This document shows positions 61,985 to 64,000 of a stretch of 64,000 nt of DNA, one piece after another (within the stretch, counting starts at the first letter, position 1; every line of letters begins with the position of its first letter). Origin of the DNA: Felis catus. Its lineage: Eukaryota. The notes beneath the pieces were generated by a model. It saw nothing but the letters and a program-made list of their open reading frames with translations. It made no database searches and had not been told where the DNA came from. The translations under genes were made by a program, and so were the position numbers. The DNA lies in NCBI RefSeq assembly GCF_018350175.1, contig NC_058368.1, positions 144,586,001 to 144,650,000 of the forward strand. Direction: 5' to 3'.

Positions 61985-62191
61985 AATTTTTTTAATCTTT
62001 ATTTTTGAGAGAGAGAGACAGAATGTGAGTGAGAGAGGGGCAGAGAGAGAGAGGGAGACACAGAATCCAAAGCAGGCTCCAGGCTCTGATCTGTCAGCAC
62101 AGAGCCTGACATGGGGCTCGAACCCACAAACTGTGAGATCATGACCTGAGCTGAAGTCGGACGCTTAACCGACTGAGGCACCCAGACACCC
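61985..62191 (-). mobile_element. CanSINE
   Basis: Reverse SINE with degenerate TSD tgaact(a/g)ttt(ct)gtttaaa. Confidence 0.94.
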
Positions 62192-62717
62192 TGAACTGTT
62201 TGTTTAAATGACAAATTCGTCGTCTCCTGCTTCAACCTTGCAAATAGCTTTATAAAGCCACTAAATGGGAAGATAATCAATCAATGGATCACACACTTTT
62301 TTATGTTAGTCTCATCTTTACTACTTTGTGCTCCTTTGTGTCTAGTTATCCACACCACTGCCCTTTGACCTCTGCATATCCAAGCTAAGAAATCCCAAAC
62401 GTCCACCAGGTACAAACCAGTGTTTGTTCACAAACTCATATTTCCCATGAACGCAGCCAAAGTGAAACAGAGAATGCTGTAATTAGGCCAGCCACTTAAG
62501 TTCCCTTTGGCTCCTCCTGTTTTCCGGGCACGTAGGCTGGTACTTATTTTCATCACTGTAGTTTCCAATCCTGCCCGTATTGTTTTATCAAAATGTGTCC
62601 TTCTCCCTCACAACAAACTGCCTTGGCATCACATTTCACTTTAGTTGCTGGGTCAGGAAGGACTCAGGTGAGGAGAGAAACCTGGAAACCTGAATTCTCA
62701 TCTAGATTCCCATGCCA

Positions 62718-62931
62718 GGGGCGCCTGGGTGGCGCAGTCGGTTAAGCGTCCGACTTCAGCCAGGTCACGATCTCGCGGTCCGTGAGTTCGAGCCCCGCGT
62801 CAGGCTCTGGGCTGATGGCTCAGAGCCTGGAGCCCGTTTCCGATTCTGTGTCTCCCTCTCTCTCTGACCCTCCTCCATTCATGCTCTGTCTCTCTCTGTC
62901 CCAAGAATAAATAAACGTTGAAAAAAAAAAT
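62718..62931 (+). mobile_element. Very young SINEC_Fc
   Basis: CpG-intact, with perfect TSD tagattcccatgcca at 62703-62717 and 62932-62946. Confidence 0.98.
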
Positions 62932-63377
62932 TAGATTCCCATGCCAGCTTGCTGTCTTCCTCATTCATAAAACTGGCAAAATGATCTTTAAAGGGTTCTT
63001 ATGCACAAATGAATTATTTGTCAGAGTGCCCTAGAAAATATAACATGTAAGAAACTATGATCTGATAACTATGGTTTTTATTTTTTCTTTTCTTCTTTTT
63101 TTTTAAGACCTGAAGATAGATTTTCATTTTCTGACTCTCTTTCTGTGATCCAGGCAAACAACCAAGCAAAATCCTACTTCCTTCAACTACTTACCAAAGT
63201 TTTTTTTTTTTTTTATCTTTTATACATCCCTGTTGTTATCCTTTAAACTCTCCTTAAGCTTTCTACTATACTTGTCTTAAAAACAGAAAAGAAAAGAAAA
63301 CTTGGTGAGAAATTAACAACAGGGTTTATTTAAGTCTGTGTGAAATAGAATTAAGAGGTTAATAAACCACTGTCTTA

Positions 63378-63589
63378 GGGGCATCTGGTTGGCTCAGTTG
63401 GTTAAGCATCTGACTTTGTTTGGCTCTGGTCATGATCTCGTGGTCTGTGGGTTCGAGGCCTGGGTCGGGCTCTGTGCTGACAGCTCAGAGCCTGGAGCCT
63501 GCTTGGTATTCTTTGTCTCCCTCTCTCTCTGCCCTTCCCCCACTCACGCTCTGTCTCTGTCAAAAATAAATAATCAGTTAAAAAAAAAG
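63378..63589 (+). mobile_element. CanSINE
   Basis: 14-bp TSD aaaccactgtctta at 63364-63377 and 63590-63603. Confidence 0.95.
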
Positions 63590-64000
63590 AAACCACTGTC
63601 TTAAATGGAACCTATTTTCTGTTCCCATTAGTTGCTGAGACAGAAATTTAGCTTTCTCTGTAAATCCAGTGGGATTCTTTAACCTTCCGTGGATGGGTTT
63701 CATGGGCAGAAAATACGGAGGAACACTGTCTGGGACTTTACGTACATCGACAGCTTCTTACTGCCCTCCCAGTTTGCATTCTACATGGATAGAATCACTC
63801 ATGGTCCTAGGAGGCATTTCTGGAGACCGTGGCACACAGGACTGAGCTCTCGGTTCCTTTTCTGGACCAGCGCCCCTTCATCATTTTAGGACTCTATCCC
63901 CCAGGACTCTGAGGAGCCAGTGTGGCAGTAGGGCATCAACTGGTTTATTCAGGCCTGAAGGTGTTGCCTCCATGTTGCCCTTTGTGCTTCCTCTTCTGCC

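Noticed and set aside
1..64000. A novel multi-gene or otherwise undescribed biological system
   Set aside because: The window is explained by two RASGRF2 exons, known repeat classes and unique intronic DNA. I found no unexplained long ORF, retrocopy, proviral coding region or structured RNA gene.

Overview
Felid (cat-family) nuclear DNA, identified by about 30 tRNA-derived CanSINE/SINEC_Fc elements and carnivore L1s. The window lies inside RASGRF2 on the + strand. It holds two internal coding exons that the ORF track misses: 1595-1684 ([30 protein letters not shown]) and 53346-53452 ([36 protein letters not shown]). They splice in frame across a 51,661-nt GT-AG intron. The rest is intronic. 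It includes a decayed, near full-length antisense L1 with a perfect 18-bp TSD (32825-40986) carrying seven nested insertions, an older 5-kb L1 with LTR, hAT and SINE insertions, and L2, MIR, MaLR, MER and microsatellite repeats. Nearly all listed ORFs are repeat-derived or chance. I found no evidence of a new gene or novel biological system. The best leads are repeat archaeology (repeated insertion at the same target site, TSD-seeded repeats) and untested splicing, polyadenylation and regulatory hypotheses. Gene and repeat names come from recalled sequences, not a database search.
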